A DNA stretch of 63,102 nucleotides, filler included, from a bacterium (GTDB taxonomy: Bacteria > JALSQH01): NCBI GenBank assembly GCA_027004335.1. It is 13 parts of 13 records of this genome, joined end to end, with 100 filler letters (N's around TTAATTAATTAA, not from the genome) between each part and the next. Parts side by side here need not be neighbours in the genome. Positions count along the whole stretch, not along the records: positions 49,438 to 56,234 come from JALTID010000225.1; positions 56,335 to 63,102 come from JALTID010000226.1; 11 more parts are not named here. One strand, given 5' to 3'. Made by a program: the position numbers and the translations under genes. The notes beneath the pieces are model-generated. The model worked only from the letters and a program-made list of their open reading frames with translations, ran no database searches and was not told where the DNA came from. Of this stretch, positions 50,562 to 62,100 are shown piece after piece (the stretch's first letter is position 1; each line of letters opens with the position of its first letter).

Positions 50562-51178
50562 TTAAGGCTGATCTCTATAATCAGAAAAAGGAAAAAGTTG
50601 GAGAGGTTGAATTAAAGGAGTCAATTTTTGCTGTGCCTAAAAAAAAGAGTATTGTTCATGAGTATGTACGATGGCTACTTGCCAGAAAGAGGGCTGGTAC
50701 GGCAAGTACAAAAAATAGAAGCGAAGTTAAAGGTGGTGGCAGAAAACCATGGAGACAGAAAGGAACGGGGAGAGCAAGGCATGGTTCCATAAGATCCCCT
50801 GTCTGGAAAGGGGGTGGAGTTGTGTTTGGGCCTAAACCAAGGGATTTTGCTTTTAATTTGCCCAAGAAAATAAGAAAAAAAGCTTTAAAAATTGCGCTCT
50901 CTGACAAGTTTAGAGAAGAAAAAATATATTTTATTGATCAATTGAGTCTTGAGGAGATTAAAACAAAGGAAGCTTATGAGATTCTTAGAGCTTTTAATAC
51001 ATTAAATTCCCTTGTGATAATAGAGGAGAAAGATGAAAAAATTGTTAAATCTTTCAGAAACATACCTAAAGTTGATACATTTAGATGGGATGAAATTAAT
51101 GCTTATGAAATTTTGAAGAAAAAGGATCTTTTGATAACAAAAGGTGCACTTGATAAGATACAGGAACGGTGGGGTTAA
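50558..51178 (+). CDS. rplD: 50S ribosomal protein L4
   Basis: GGGRKPWRQKGTGRARHGS. Confidence 0.98.
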   Translation: MIKADLYNQKKEKVGEVELKESIFAVPKKKSIVHEYVRWLLARKRAGTASTKNRSEVKGGGRKPWRQKGTGRARHGSIRSPVWKGGGVVFGPKPRDFAFNLPKKIRKKALKIALSDKFREEKIYFIDQLSLEEIKTKEAYEILRAFNTLNSLVIIEEKDEKIVKSFRNIPKVDTFRWDEINAYEILKKKDLLITKGALDKIQERWG

Positions 51179-51181
51179 GCC

Positions 51182-51478
51182 ATGGATGAAGCAAGACTCT
51201 ATTCTATTATAAAAGGGCCAATTATTACAGAAAAAATTATGCGGCTCCGAGGAAGAAAAAATGTTGTGGCTTTTGAGGTTGACATTACTGCTAATAAGAA
51301 AGAAATAAAAGAAGCTGTGGAAAAGGTGTTTAAAGTCAGAGTAAAAAAAGTGAGAACCACAATTATCAGAGGAAAGAAAATTAGAAGAGGCTGGACAGAA
51401 GGGAAAAGAGCTAATTGGAAAAAGGCCTATATTGAGTTACATGAAGGCGATAGAATAGAGTATTTTGAAGGAGCATAA
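51182..51478 (+). CDS. rplW: 50S ribosomal protein L23
   Basis: PIITEK, ANK.EIK.AVE, WKKAY. Confidence 0.97.
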   Translation: MDEARLYSIIKGPIITEKIMRLRGRKNVVAFEVDITANKKEIKEAVEKVFKVRVKKVRTTIIRGKKIRRGWTEGKRANWKKAYIELHEGDRIEYFEGA

Positions 51479-51493
51479 AAGGGGTAGAATAAA

Positions 51494-52324
51494 ATGGGTA
51501 TAAAAAATTTCAAATCGGTGACACCCGGTAGGAGGAATATGACGGTTTCTGATTTTGCTGAGATTACAACTGATAAGCCATATAAGCCTCTTCTTGTTCC
51601 CATTAAGAAAAGCGGTGGTCATAATAATTTCGGAAGGACCACGGTAAGACATCGGGGTGGTGGTCACAAACGAATGTACAGGATTATTGATTTTAAAAGA
51701 GATAAGACAGGTATTCCTGCGAAGGTCCTCACAATTGAATATGATCCGAATCGATCAGCGAGAATCGCTCTTGTGGTTTATTCTGATGGGGAGAAAAGAT
51801 ACATACTTGCTCCCTATGGTCTTAAAGTGGGTGATGCAATAGTTTCCAGTGAAAATGCTGAGATAAAAGTAGGGAATACACTTCCTCTTAAAAAAATTCC
51901 TGTTGGGACAATTATCCACAACATAGAGCTGCATATCGGTAAAGGCGGACAGCTTGCCAGATCTGCTGGGGCTTATGCTCAGATTGCAGGTAAAGAAGGT
52001 GATTATGCTTTACTTAAACTCCCATCGGGGGAATTGAGAAAAATTCATCTTAAATGTAAAGCAACCATCGGACAGGTAAGTAATATTGATCATGAAAATA
52101 TTGTTATTGGGAAGGCTGGTAGAAAGAGATGGCTGGGTATAAGACCCACTGTAAGAGGTGTTGCAATGAACCCTGTGGATCATCCTCATGGGGGTGGAGA
52201 AGGCAGGCAGAAGGGCTATCCATATCCCATGAGTCCGTGGGGTAAAAATAGTAAAGGTAAAAGGACAAGGCATAATAAGAGGACAGACAGATTTATAGTA
52301 AAGCGTAGAGAAAAGAGGAGATAA
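51494..52324 (+). CDS. rplB: 50S ribosomal protein L2
   Basis: [33 protein letters not shown]. Confidence 0.98.
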   Translation: MGIKNFKSVTPGRRNMTVSDFAEITTDKPYKPLLVPIKKSGGHNNFGRTTVRHRGGGHKRMYRIIDFKRDKTGIPAKVLTIEYDPNRSARIALVVYSDGEKRYILAPYGLKVGDAIVSSENAEIKVGNTLPLKKIPVGTIIHNIELHIGKGGQLARSAGAYAQIAGKEGDYALLKLPSGELRKIHLKCKATIGQVSNIDHENIVIGKAGRKRWLGIRPTVRGVAMNPVDHPHGGGEGRQKGYPYPMSPWGKNSKGKRTRHNKRTDRFIVKRREKRR

Positions 52325-52326
52325 AG

Positions 52327-52608
52327 ATGGCGCGATCCTTAAAAAAAGGACCCTTTGTTGATGAGCATTTAATGAAAAAGGTATTAAAATCACAGGAAAG
52401 TGGAGATCGAAGGCCTATTAAAACATGGTCACGACGTTCTACAATTACCCCTGATATGATAGGATTGACAATTGCGGTTCATAATGGAAGAGATTTTGTT
52501 CCTGTGTTTATAACAGAGGCTATGGTGGGTCACAAGTTAGGTGAGTTTGCTCCCACAAGGACTTTTAGAGGGCACGCCGGGGATAGAAAGAAGAAGAAAG
52601 GGAAATAA
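52327..52608 (+). CDS. rpsS: 30S ribosomal protein S19
   Basis: [21 protein letters not shown]. Confidence 0.98.
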   Translation: MARSLKKGPFVDEHLMKKVLKSQESGDRRPIKTWSRRSTITPDMIGLTIAVHNGRDFVPVFITEAMVGHKLGEFAPTRTFRGHAGDRKKKKGK

Positions 52609-52622
52609 GTGAGGGTTAAAAA

Positions 52623-52956
52623 ATGTCAGAGATAAAAGCTTCAGGAAGATATATTAGAATTTCTCCTAGAAAAGCAAGGCTGGTAGCAGATCTTATCAGA
52701 GAAAAAAATGTGGAGGATGCTCTTGCAATTNNNNNNNNNNAAAAAAGCTGCTCATATTATTTCAAAGATAATAAAATCAGCGGTGGCCAATGCCATAGAA
52801 AGGGGTGGGTTTGATATTGATTCTCTTTACATAAAGAGAATTTATGTTGATGATGGGCCAAGACTTAAGAGGTACCAGCCGTCATATGGGGGAAGGGTAA
52901 ATACAAGATTGAAAAGATTTTCTCATATTTCGGTGATACTTGATGAAAAATTGTAG
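52623..52956 (+). CDS. rplV: 50S ribosomal protein L22 (one gene across the 10-N gap at 52731-52740)
   Basis: [15 protein letters not shown] before the gap; SAVANA...VDDGP..KR after it. Confidence 0.93.
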
Positions 52957-52977
52957 TTGATCTAAAGGAGGTTTGTT

Positions 52978-53646
52978 TTGGGACAGAAAGTTCATCCAAT
53001 AGGATTTCGGCTTGGAGTTATAAGGAGCTGGGACTCTAGATGGTTTGCGGAGGGTAAAAACTACAGCAAGCTTTTGCACGAAGATTTTAAAGTGAGAAAT
53101 TACATAAAGGAGAGACTGCGTAGAGCAGAAATCTCAAGAGTTGAAATTGAAAGAGCAGAATCTGATACTGTAAAAGTAATCATTCATACAGCAAGACCTG
53201 GATATGTTATTGGTAAAAAAGGTCAGGAGCAAGAAGCTTTAAAAAGTGCTCTACAGAAGATGTTCGGGAAAAAATTTGTTGTGGATGTTAAAGATATAAA
53301 GAAACCTCAGATGGATGCTCAAATAGTTGCAGAAAGAATTGCTTTTATGATAGAGAGAAGAGGTAATTATAGAAGGATAATAAAAAAGGCTGTAAGTGAT
53401 GCTATGAGAGTAGGGTCGCAGGGAGTCAAGGTAATGATTGCAGGAAGACTTGGTGGAGCTGAAATGAAGAGGAGAGAATGGGTAAGGGAGGGGAGAGTTC
53501 CTCTCCAGACATTGAGGGCAGATATTGATTATGGTTTTGCAGAGTCTTTTACAACTTATGGGATTATCGGGGTAAAAGTTTGGATATTTAGAGGAGAGTT
53601 TATTCCCTCAGGTAAGGAAGGACTTGAAGTAGAGAAATTAATTTAA
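52978..53646 (+). CDS. rpsC: 30S ribosomal protein S3
   Basis: TTG start after [31 protein letters not shown]. Confidence 0.98.
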   Translation: MGQKVHPIGFRLGVIRSWDSRWFAEGKNYSKLLHEDFKVRNYIKERLRRAEISRVEIERAESDTVKVIIHTARPGYVIGKKGQEQEALKSALQKMFGKKFVVDVKDIKKPQMDAQIVAERIAFMIERRGNYRRIIKKAVSDAMRVGSQGVKVMIAGRLGGAEMKRREWVREGRVPLQTLRADIDYGFAESFTTYGIIGVKVWIFRGEFIPSGKEGLEVEKLI

Positions 53647-53662
53647 ACGGTGAGGAGCCGAA

Positions 53663-54082
53663 ATGTTACAACCGCGAAAGGTTAAGTACAGAAAACAACA
53701 AAAAGGAAGGATTAAAGGAGTTGCTTATAGGGGAAATACTCTTGCCTTCGGTAAGTATGGTCTACAAGCTCTGGAAGCTGGAAGGATTACAGCAAGACAG
53801 ATTGAAGCTGGGCGAGTTGCTATTGTTAGAAAGGCAAAGAGGGGCGCGAAGATATGGATAAGAATCTTTCCCGATAAACCAATAACTAAGAAACCTGCTG
53901 AGACAAGAATGGGAAAGGGAAAAGGGAATGTTGAGTACTGGGTAGCTATAGTTAAACCTGGAAAAATAATTTATGAAGTAGATGGTGTTGCCGAGGAAGT
54001 AATGATTGAGGCTCTAAAAAGGGCTGGCCATAAGATGCCAGTTAGATGCAGAGTGGTGAGTATGGAGGAGGGAGGGATATAA
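53663..54082 (+). CDS. rplP: 50S ribosomal protein L16
   Basis: MLQP, RMGKGKG. Confidence 0.98.
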   Translation: MLQPRKVKYRKQQKGRIKGVAYRGNTLAFGKYGLQALEAGRITARQIEAGRVAIVRKAKRGAKIWIRIFPDKPITKKPAETRMGKGKGNVEYWVAIVKPGKIIYEVDGVAEEVMIEALKRAGHKMPVRCRVVSMEEGGI

Positions 54083-54285
54083 TGAAGGCATCTGAATTAA
54101 GAGAAATGACTGATAGAGAGCTTGAGATGAAGCTCTCTGAGTTAAGGGAGGATCTCTTTCACCTCAAGGTTAAGAAGAAGTTAGGAGAACTGGAAGATGT
54201 GGCTAAGGTTCAGAAGGTGAAGCGTGATATAGCGCGTATTCTTACTATCATGAATGAAAGAAAAAGAAAAGGTGTAAAACGATGA
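54082..54285 (+). CDS. rpmC: 50S ribosomal protein L29
   Basis: MKASELR...RDIARILT; start overlaps the rplP stop. Confidence 0.96.
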   Translation: MKASELREMTDRELEMKLSELREDLFHLKVKKKLGELEDVAKVQKVKRDIARILTIMNERKRKGVKR

Positions 54286-54551
54286 CAGAGAAAAAGGGTA
54301 ATAGAAAGAGTTTTACCGGGGTTGTTGTTAGCGATAAAATGGACAAGACTGTGGTTGTTATGGTGGAAACTCCGGTAAGACATTCCAGATTTAAAAAGTT
54401 TGTCAAGAGAAAGAAAAAATTTATAGCACATGACCCTGAGAATGAATGCAGGATAGGCGATAGAGTGTTGATAAAGGAGTCAAGACCCCTTAGCAAGTTT
54501 AAGAGATGGAGAGTAGTCCGGATCGTTGAAAGAAGAGTAACAGAGGGATAG
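54282..54551 (+). CDS. rpsQ: 30S ribosomal protein S17
   Basis: [20 protein letters not shown]. Confidence 0.98.
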   Translation: MTEKKGNRKSFTGVVVSDKMDKTVVVMVETPVRHSRFKKFVKRKKKFIAHDPENECRIGDRVLIKESRPLSKFKRWRVVRIVERRVTEG

Positions 54552-54579
54552 TAAGTAACCTGAAGTAGGAGTATCTACC

Positions 54580-54948
54580 ATGATCCAGATGGAGACGATT
54601 CTTGATGTTGCAGACAACTCTGGGGCAAAGAAAATAAAGTGTATAAGAGTATTAGGATCCTCTAACCAGAGGTATGCTTCTATTGGGGATGTTATTGTGG
54701 CATCCGTGGTAGATGTAGCTCCAGGTTCCAAAGTGAAAAAAGGTGATGTTGTTAGAGCAGTGGTTGTAAGAACTAGAAAAGAAGTTCGAAGAAATGATGG
54801 TACATATATACGATTTGACGCAAATTCTGCTGTCCTTATAAATAAGCAGAATGAACCAATAGGAACGAGGATCTTTGGCCCAGTGGCCAGAGAGTTGAGA
54901 GCTAAGAATTTTGTTAAAATAATATCTCTGGCTCCGGAGGTCTTATAA
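54580..54948 (+). CDS. rplN: 50S ribosomal protein L14
   Basis: [27 protein letters not shown]. Confidence 0.98.
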   Translation: MIQMETILDVADNSGAKKIKCIRVLGSSNQRYASIGDVIVASVVDVAPGSKVKKGDVVRAVVVRTRKEVRRNDGTYIRFDANSAVLINKQNEPIGTRIFGPVARELRAKNFVKIISLAPEVL

Positions 54949-55295
54949 TGAAGATAAGAGGTAGAAAGAAGATTGAGTTGCATGTCAAGAGAGGTGATCT
55001 GGTAGAAGTAGTAACGGGGAAGGATAAGGGGAAAAGAGGGAAAATAAAAAAGGTATTTCCTGATCAGATGAGAGTTGTAGTGGAAAAGGTGAACATGGTG
55101 AAAAGACATCAGCGCCCTACAGATAAGAATCCTCAGGGTGGAATTATAGAGAAGGAAGCCCCTATTCATGTTTCCAATGTGATGATTGTATGTGAAAATT
55201 GTGGTCGTCCAGTTAGAACCAGGGGAAAAGTATTGGCAGATGGGTCCAAAGTTAGAGTTTGTATCAGGTGTGGAGAAATTTTGGATAGGAGGTAA
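54948..55295 (+). CDS. rplX: 50S ribosomal protein L24
   Basis: [19 protein letters not shown], CxxC...CxxC. Confidence 0.97.
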   Translation: MKIRGRKKIELHVKRGDLVEVVTGKDKGKRGKIKKVFPDQMRVVVEKVNMVKRHQRPTDKNPQGGIIEKEAPIHVSNVMIVCENCGRPVRTRGKVLADGSKVRVCIRCGEILDRR

Positions 55296-55852
55296 TGGAG
55301 GAAAAAATGGTCCCCAGATTGAAAAGATATTATTATGAATCAGTTATACCTGAGTTAATGAAAGAATTTGAATATAAAAATGTTATGATGATTCCAAAAC
55401 TTGTTAAAATTACGGTTAATATGGGACTTGGAGAAACTATTAATGATGGTAAGCTCTTAGATACAATGAGTGAAGATCTTGCTTTAATAACAGGACAAAA
55501 ACCTGTTATCACCAGAGCCAGGAAGTCTATTTCAAATTTTAAGCTGAGAGAAGGAATGGCGATTGGACTTAAAGTCACATTGAGAAAAGATTATATGTGG
55601 GAATTTTATGACAGACTGGTGAATGTGGCTCTTCCAAGAACTAGGGATTTTAGAGGTGTTTCTCCAAAGGCTTTTGATGGGCATGGGAACTATACTTTGG
55701 GAATAAGGGAGCACATTGTTTTTCCTGAGATAAATTATGACAAGGTTTATAAAATCAAAGGGATGAATATAACAATTGTTACAAATGCTGAAACTGATGA
55801 GGAGGCAAAGGCGCTTCTTGATAAGCTTGGAATGCCTTTCAGGAAAAGTTAA
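55295..55852 (+). CDS. rplE: 50S ribosomal protein L5
   Basis: ITGQKP, FKLREG, RDFRG, FDG.GNY. Confidence 0.98.
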   Translation: MEEKMVPRLKRYYYESVIPELMKEFEYKNVMMIPKLVKITVNMGLGETINDGKLLDTMSEDLALITGQKPVITRARKSISNFKLREGMAIGLKVTLRKDYMWEFYDRLVNVALPRTRDFRGVSPKAFDGHGNYTLGIREHIVFPEINYDKVYKIKGMNITIVTNAETDEEAKALLDKLGMPFRKS

Positions 55853-55870
55853 TAAAGGAGGTTCCATAAA

Positions 55871-56056
55871 TTGGCAAGAAAAGCACTTATTGTTAAGGCA
55901 CAGAAAGAACCCAAGTATAGGGTGAGAAAATATAACAGATGTCCTATTTGTGGTAGAACTAATGGATATCTCAGAGACTTTGGAATGTGCAGGATATGTT
56001 TTAGAAAATATGCTTCCCGAGGATTAATTCCTGGTGTAAAAAAGGCAAGCTGGTAG
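55871..56056 (+). CDS. rpsN: 30S ribosomal protein S14 type Z (zinc-binding)
   Basis: RCPICGR...CRICFR...PGVKKASW. Confidence 0.97.
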   Translation: MARKALIVKAQKEPKYRVRKYNRCPICGRTNGYLRDFGMCRICFRKYASRGLIPGVKKASW

Positions 56057-56065
56057 GAGGGAAAA

Positions 56066-56234
56066 ATGGTAACTGATCCCGTGTCAGATATGCTTACGGT
56101 TATTAGAAATGGGTTAATGGCAAGGAAAAAAGATGTTACAGTGCCTTCATCAAAACTTAAGAAGGTGATTCTTGAAATATTAAAGAAGGAAGGTTACATA
56201 GAAGATTATCAGGAATTTTCGGTTCCTACCAGAA
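56066..56234 (+). CDS. rpsH: 30S ribosomal protein S8 (3' truncated)
   Basis: [16 protein letters not shown]. Confidence 0.96.
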
Positions 56235-56334
56235 NNNNNNNNNNNNNNNNNNNNNNNNNNNNNNNNNNNNNNNNNNNNTTAATTAATTAANNNNNNNNNN
56301 NNNNNNNNNNNNNNNNNNNNNNNNNNNNNNNNNN

Positions 56335-59145
56335 CTGTAAACTCTGCTCAATTCTTCCACTGGTGGCAGCACCACCAGTGTGAAATGTCCTCATAGTAAG
56401 CTGGGTACCAGGCTCACCAATGGACTGAGCAGCAATTACTCCAACTGCTTCACCAAGATTAACAAGCCTTCCCCTTGCAAGGTCTCTACCATAGCAAAGG
56501 GCACATACTCCTCTTTTGGCCTTACAGGTAATAACCGACCTTATCATAACTGATTCAATTCCAGCATCCTCTACCATCTGTGCCCGCTCTTCAGTAATTT
56601 CCTGATTTCTATAAACCAGAATCTCCCCTGTGTCGGGATGAACAATATCCTCTGCCGCTACTCTTCCAAGGATCCTGTCCTTGAGGTGCTCAACTATCTC
56701 CCCATTTTCGTAAAGAGGAGTAATTTCAATTCCATCAAGAGTCCCACAATCGTACTCTGTGACAATAATATCCTGTGCAACATCAACTAATCTTCTCGTA
56801 AGATAACCAGAATTGGCAGTCTTGAGAGCAGTATCAGCAAGACCTTTCCGGGCTCCATGAGTTGAAATAAAGTACTGCAACACACTAAGCCCTTCTCTAA
56901 AATTAGCAAGAATAGGAGTTTCAATGATATCTCCCGATGGCTTCATCATCAATCCCCTCATTCCCGCAAGCTGCTTCATCTGATCAGAGGAACCTCTCGC
57001 TCCAGAATCTGCCATAATGTAAATAGAGTTGAAACTTTCTGTTGTTACTTCTTTGCCATCTGAGCCTTCTACCACTTCTTTCCTTATCTCCTTCATCATC
57101 TCAGCTCTAACCTGTTCAGTGGCCTTTCTCCAGACATCTATGGTTCTGTTGTGTTTTTCTCCTTCTGAAATAGCACCTATTTCATACTGCTTCAAAATAT
57201 CTCTTACCTCTTTTTCTGCCTCTTTCACCATTTCCCATTTTTTAGACGGGATTTTCATATCCTTCACAGCTATAGAAATACCAGCTCTGGTTGAGAAATC
57301 GTACCCCATCGCCATCATTCTATCTGCAAAAATTACTGTTGCCTTCTCACCAGCCCTTCGGTAGGAGAGGTCTATCAAATTAGCAAGATCCTTCTTCTTC
57401 AGATTCTTGTTAACTTCATCAAAAGAAATCTCTCGGGGAACTATTTCATAAAAAATCACTCTTCCAGTGGTAGTTTCATAGAGTTCACCATCTATTTTAA
57501 CTTTGACCTTTGCATGTAGCGACACTTCACCATTTTCATAAGCAATCATTAGTTCTTCCGGGGAGGAAAAAGCCATTCCCTCCCCCTTCTGAGAAGGTCT
57601 TTCTCTGGTCATATAATAAATCCCAAGAACAATATCCTGGGTAGGATAAATGATTGGCTCCCCGCTGGCAGGTTTCAAAATATTATTGGTGGACATCATC
57701 AGTACTCTGGCTTCTGCCTGTGCTTCAAGAGAAAGAGGGATATGAACAGCCATTTGATCCCCATCAAAATCTGCATTAAAAGCAGTGCAAACAAGGGGAT
57801 GTAGATGTATTGCTTTATCCTCCACAAGAACAGGTTCAAAAGCTTGAATACTCAATCTATGGAGAGTCGGAGCCCTGTTAAGCATAACAGGATGCTCCCT
57901 TATCACCTCCTCAAGAGCCTCCCACACTTCAGGATCACCTCTTTCAACCTTTTTCTTAGCGGCCTTAATGGTGGAAACACTACCTTTCTCCTGTAACTTC
58001 GCATAGACAAATGGCTTAAACAGTTCCATCGCCATTATCTTGGGTAGGCCGCACTGGTGGAGCCTCAGTTCTGGACCCACAACAATCACTGATCTTCCTG
58101 AATAGTCAACTCTTTTACCAAGCAGATTCTGTCTGAATCTTCCTTTTTTACCACTTAACAGTTGACTAAGAGATTTTAATGGTCTTCTGTTGGAACCCAT
58201 AATTGGCCTACCACGCCTCCCGTTATCAAAAAGTGCATCAACAGCTTCTTGAAGCATTCTCTTCTCATTTCTGATAATTATTTCTGGAGCATTAAGCTCA
58301 ATAAGTTTTTTTAATCTGTTATTTCTGTTTATAACTCTTCTATAGAGATCATTGAGATCGCTTGTGGCAAACCTACCACCTTCAAGAGGAACAAGAGGTC
58401 TCAGATCGGGGGGTATAACCGGGATCACTGTGAGAATCATCCATTCAGGTCTGTTGCCTGAATTTTTAAAGGCTTCAACTATTCTCAACCTCTTTACTAT
58501 TTTTTTCCTCTTTGATTCTGAACTTGTACCATGTAAAGCCTCTCTAAGTTCTTGGGACAACTTTTCCATGTCAAGTTCTTCAAGAAGCTTCCTGATAGCT
58601 TCTGCTCCCATCCCAACTCTGAATCTGTCCATATACTCTTTCTTAGCCTCGTTAAATTCTCTCTCAGAGAGAACTTGTCCTTTTTTCAGATCAGTGTCCC
58701 CCGGATCAAGCACAATATAATCTTCAAAATAAAGAACCCGCTCTAATTCGGTGCTTTTCAGGTTCAGAAGAGAACCTATCTTGCTCGGGATACTCTTAAG
58801 ATACCATATATGAGCTACTGGTGCTGCAAGCTCAATATGACCCATCCTTTCTCTTCTGACTTTCGAAGTAGTCACCTCAACACCACATTTTTCGCAAACA
58901 ACACCTTTGTATTTGTACCTTTTATATTTCCCGCATAAGCATTCATAATCTTTTATGGGTCCAAAAATCTGGGCACTGAAAAGTCCATCTTTCTCCGGTT
59001 TAAAATTACGATAATTTATTGTCTCGGGCTTTTTCACTTCTCCATAAGACCACTCTCTTATTTTTTCTGGAGAAGCTATTCCAATTTTAACAGCCTTGTA
59101 ATCTGAAGGGTTTTTTGGCCTTTCTTCAAAATCATAAATTCTCAA
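56335..59145 (-). CDS. rpoC: RNA polymerase beta' subunit (3' truncated)
   Basis: KPETINYR, zinc finger, [20 protein letters not shown]. Confidence 0.99.
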
Positions 59146-59169
59146 GGCTCACACTCCTTTTAAGTTTTT

Positions 59170-62100
59170 TTACTCTTTTTCTTCTCCCTCTTCAGGGAGT
59201 TCTTCAAGCAGATCAACATCAAGGGCAAGTCCTCTTAATTCCCTAAAAAGAACATTAAATGACTCCGGAACACCGGGTTCAAGCTGAGGATTTCCTTTTA
59301 TTATTTGATCATAAATTCTTGTTCTCCCAATTATGTCATCAGATTTAACTGTGAGAAATTCCTGTAGAGAATACGCAGCGCCATACGCCTCAAGAGCCCA
59401 CACTTCCATTTCGCCAAGTCTCTGGCCACCAAACTGCGCTTTTCCCCCAAGGGGTTGCTGAGTAATAAGGGAATAAGGTCCCGTGGATCTCGCATGGACT
59501 TTGTCCTCAACAAGATGGTTGAGTTTAAGCATATACATAACTCCCACAGTTACCGGAAAGTAAAATTTTTCACCTGTCCTGCCATCATAGAGTTCAGTCT
59601 GACCCGATTCAGGAAGACCAGCTTCCTTCAAAAGTTCCCTTATCTCCTTCTCAGATGCACCATCAAAAACAGGCGTAGCCACATGAATCCCATTCACAAG
59701 TTTTCTTGCATATTCTATAAGCTCTTCGTCAGAATATTTATCAAGGACATCAACTCCCGCGCTGTTTTTATAAATTTTTTTCAGGTACTCTCTTATAAAA
59801 TCCGGGGTTGTGGATTCCTCAATCATCTTCGCTATTTTTTTACCGAGCTCTTTTGCAGCCCAGCCAAGGTGAGTCTCAAGAACCTGACCAACATTCATTC
59901 TCGAGGGAACGCCAAGGGGATTTAGAACGACATCTACTGGAGTTCCATCGGGAAGAAAGGGCATATCCTCTATAGGAAGGACCCTGGAAATAACTCCCTT
60001 GTTCCCATGTCTACCAGCCATCTTATCTCCAACTTGAAGTTTCCTTTTAATAGCCACATAAACCTTAATTCTCTTTATCTCACCTGCACCGAGCTCATCA
60101 CTCTTTTCAAGTCTTTCCTTCTTTTCTCTGTAAAATTTTTCCAGACTCTTTACTTTTGAGTTTAAATTCCGGATAAACTGAACAAGTCTTTCATTTGCAT
60201 TTTTATCAGAAACTTTAAGATCCTTCAGAATATTCTCCACCTTCTGGCCTTTTAGAATTCCTATAACATCATCCCATTCACTTTCGGTAATTTCGTGTCC
60301 CTTTAAAAAGGACCTACTTCTGGAAATACTCCATTTGCTTGCAAGAGGGAAACCAACAACAAAGGGCTTTATCCTTGAAAGAGTTTCCCTATAAAGAATT
60401 GTCAGTTCTTCTCTTTTCTCGTTGTCAAGTTCTTCAAGTTCAGCCTGAAGAATAGCTCTGGCTCTTCTGTCTCTCTGAACTCCTTTTTTGGTAAGAATAT
60501 CCACCTCAATTACTGTTCCATAAACACCAGGGGGAACCCTTAAAGAAGAATCCTTGAAGTCTCCTGCCTTGGAGCCAAAAATTGCTTTAAGAAGCCTATC
60601 CTCAGGATCAAGCTGACTCTCACCTTTAGGAGTGATCTTGCCAACCAAGATGTCTCCAGGTTTAACTTTTGCACCAATTCTTACAACACCCTCTTCATCA
60701 AGATCTCGCACAACCTCTTCACTTAAGCCAGGAATATCTCTGGTTACTATCTCCGGACCAAGTTTTGTCTCTCTTGCAGAAATTTCAAATTCTTCAACAT
60801 GAATGGATGTGAAAACATCTTCTTTAACAAGTCTTTCACTTACAAGAACAGCATCCTCAAAATTATAACCTCTCCAGGGTATAAAGGCCACAAGAACATT
60901 TCTTCCGAGGGCAAGCTCCCCATGTTCCACAGCCTGCCCATCGGCAATGATTTCACCTTTTTTCACATAATCGCCATTTTTAACTGTAGGCTTCTGGGTA
61001 ACTGTGGTGTTCTGGTTGGACCTTTTGAACTTTTTCAAATTGTAAATATCAAGTCCAACATCACCCTCTTCTCCACTTATTTCCTCCTCATCCACTCTGA
61101 TCACTATCCTCTGAGAATCAACATATTCCACAGTCCCGCTTCTTCTTGCCACCACAGACACTCCAGAATCTCTGGCAACAACGCTTTCCATACCAGACCC
61201 AACTAGTGGAGCTTCAGTTTTCATAAGTGGTACCGCCTGTCTCTGCATGTTTGAACCCATGAGAGCCCTGTTTGCATCATCATGCTCAAGGAAGGGAATC
61301 AGAGAAGCAGCAACACTAACAATTTGAGTAGGAGAAACATCCATAAGGGTGATTTCTGAAGCCTTTGCCATTATAAATTCACCACCTTTCCTGGCAGCCA
61401 CATACTCATTGATAAACCTACCTTCCTCATCTACACTAGCATTTGCCTGAGCAATAACATGGTTCTCTTCCCTGGTAGCTGTGAGATAAACAATTTCATC
61501 TGTAACCTTCCCATCCATCACTTTTCTATAAGGTGTTTCAAGAAATCCATATTTATTTGCTCTGGCATATGTAGTAAGAGAAGAAATTAAACCAATATTG
61601 GGGCCTTCCGGAGTTTCAATGGGACATATCCTTCCATAGTGAGTTGTGTGAACATCTCTCACTTCAAAACCTGCTCTTTCTCTCGTTAATCCACCCGGCC
61701 CAAGAGCGGATAACCTTCTCTTATGAGTTGTTTCAGAAAGGGGATTAACCTGGTCCATAAACTGGGATAACTGACTACTTCCGAAGAACTCATTTAAAGT
61801 GGAAATTACCGATTTAGAATTAATTATCTCCCTGATATCGGAGGCTTTTGCCATCTCATAATCCATTGTCTTAAATCTTTCTTCAACGGCTCTTTTTATT
61901 CTTGTCATCCCAGCCTGAAACTGGTTCTCAACCAATTCACCAACCGATCTAACCCTTCTGTTACCCAGATGGTCAATATCATCCTCTTCCGCTCTACCAT
62001 CTTTCATCTCAAGAAGGTATTTGACCGTTTCAAGAATATCCTCTTTTGTTAGGGTCCTCATATCAACGGGAAAGTTTAATTTTAACTTTTCATTTATCCT

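Noticed and set aside
52731..52740. rplV apparently frameshifted
   Set aside because: 10-N scaffold gap in an essential gene
7004..56334. Twelve-fold repeated TTAATTAATTAA flanked by Ns
   Set aside because: Artificial six-frame-stop contig spacer, not a CRISPR or biological repeat; ORF ends reading LIN or N are artefacts
61700..61790. Substitutions in the RpoB rifampicin cluster ([11 protein letters not shown])
   Set aside because: The key Q, D, H, R and S contact residues are retained; no basis to claim resistance
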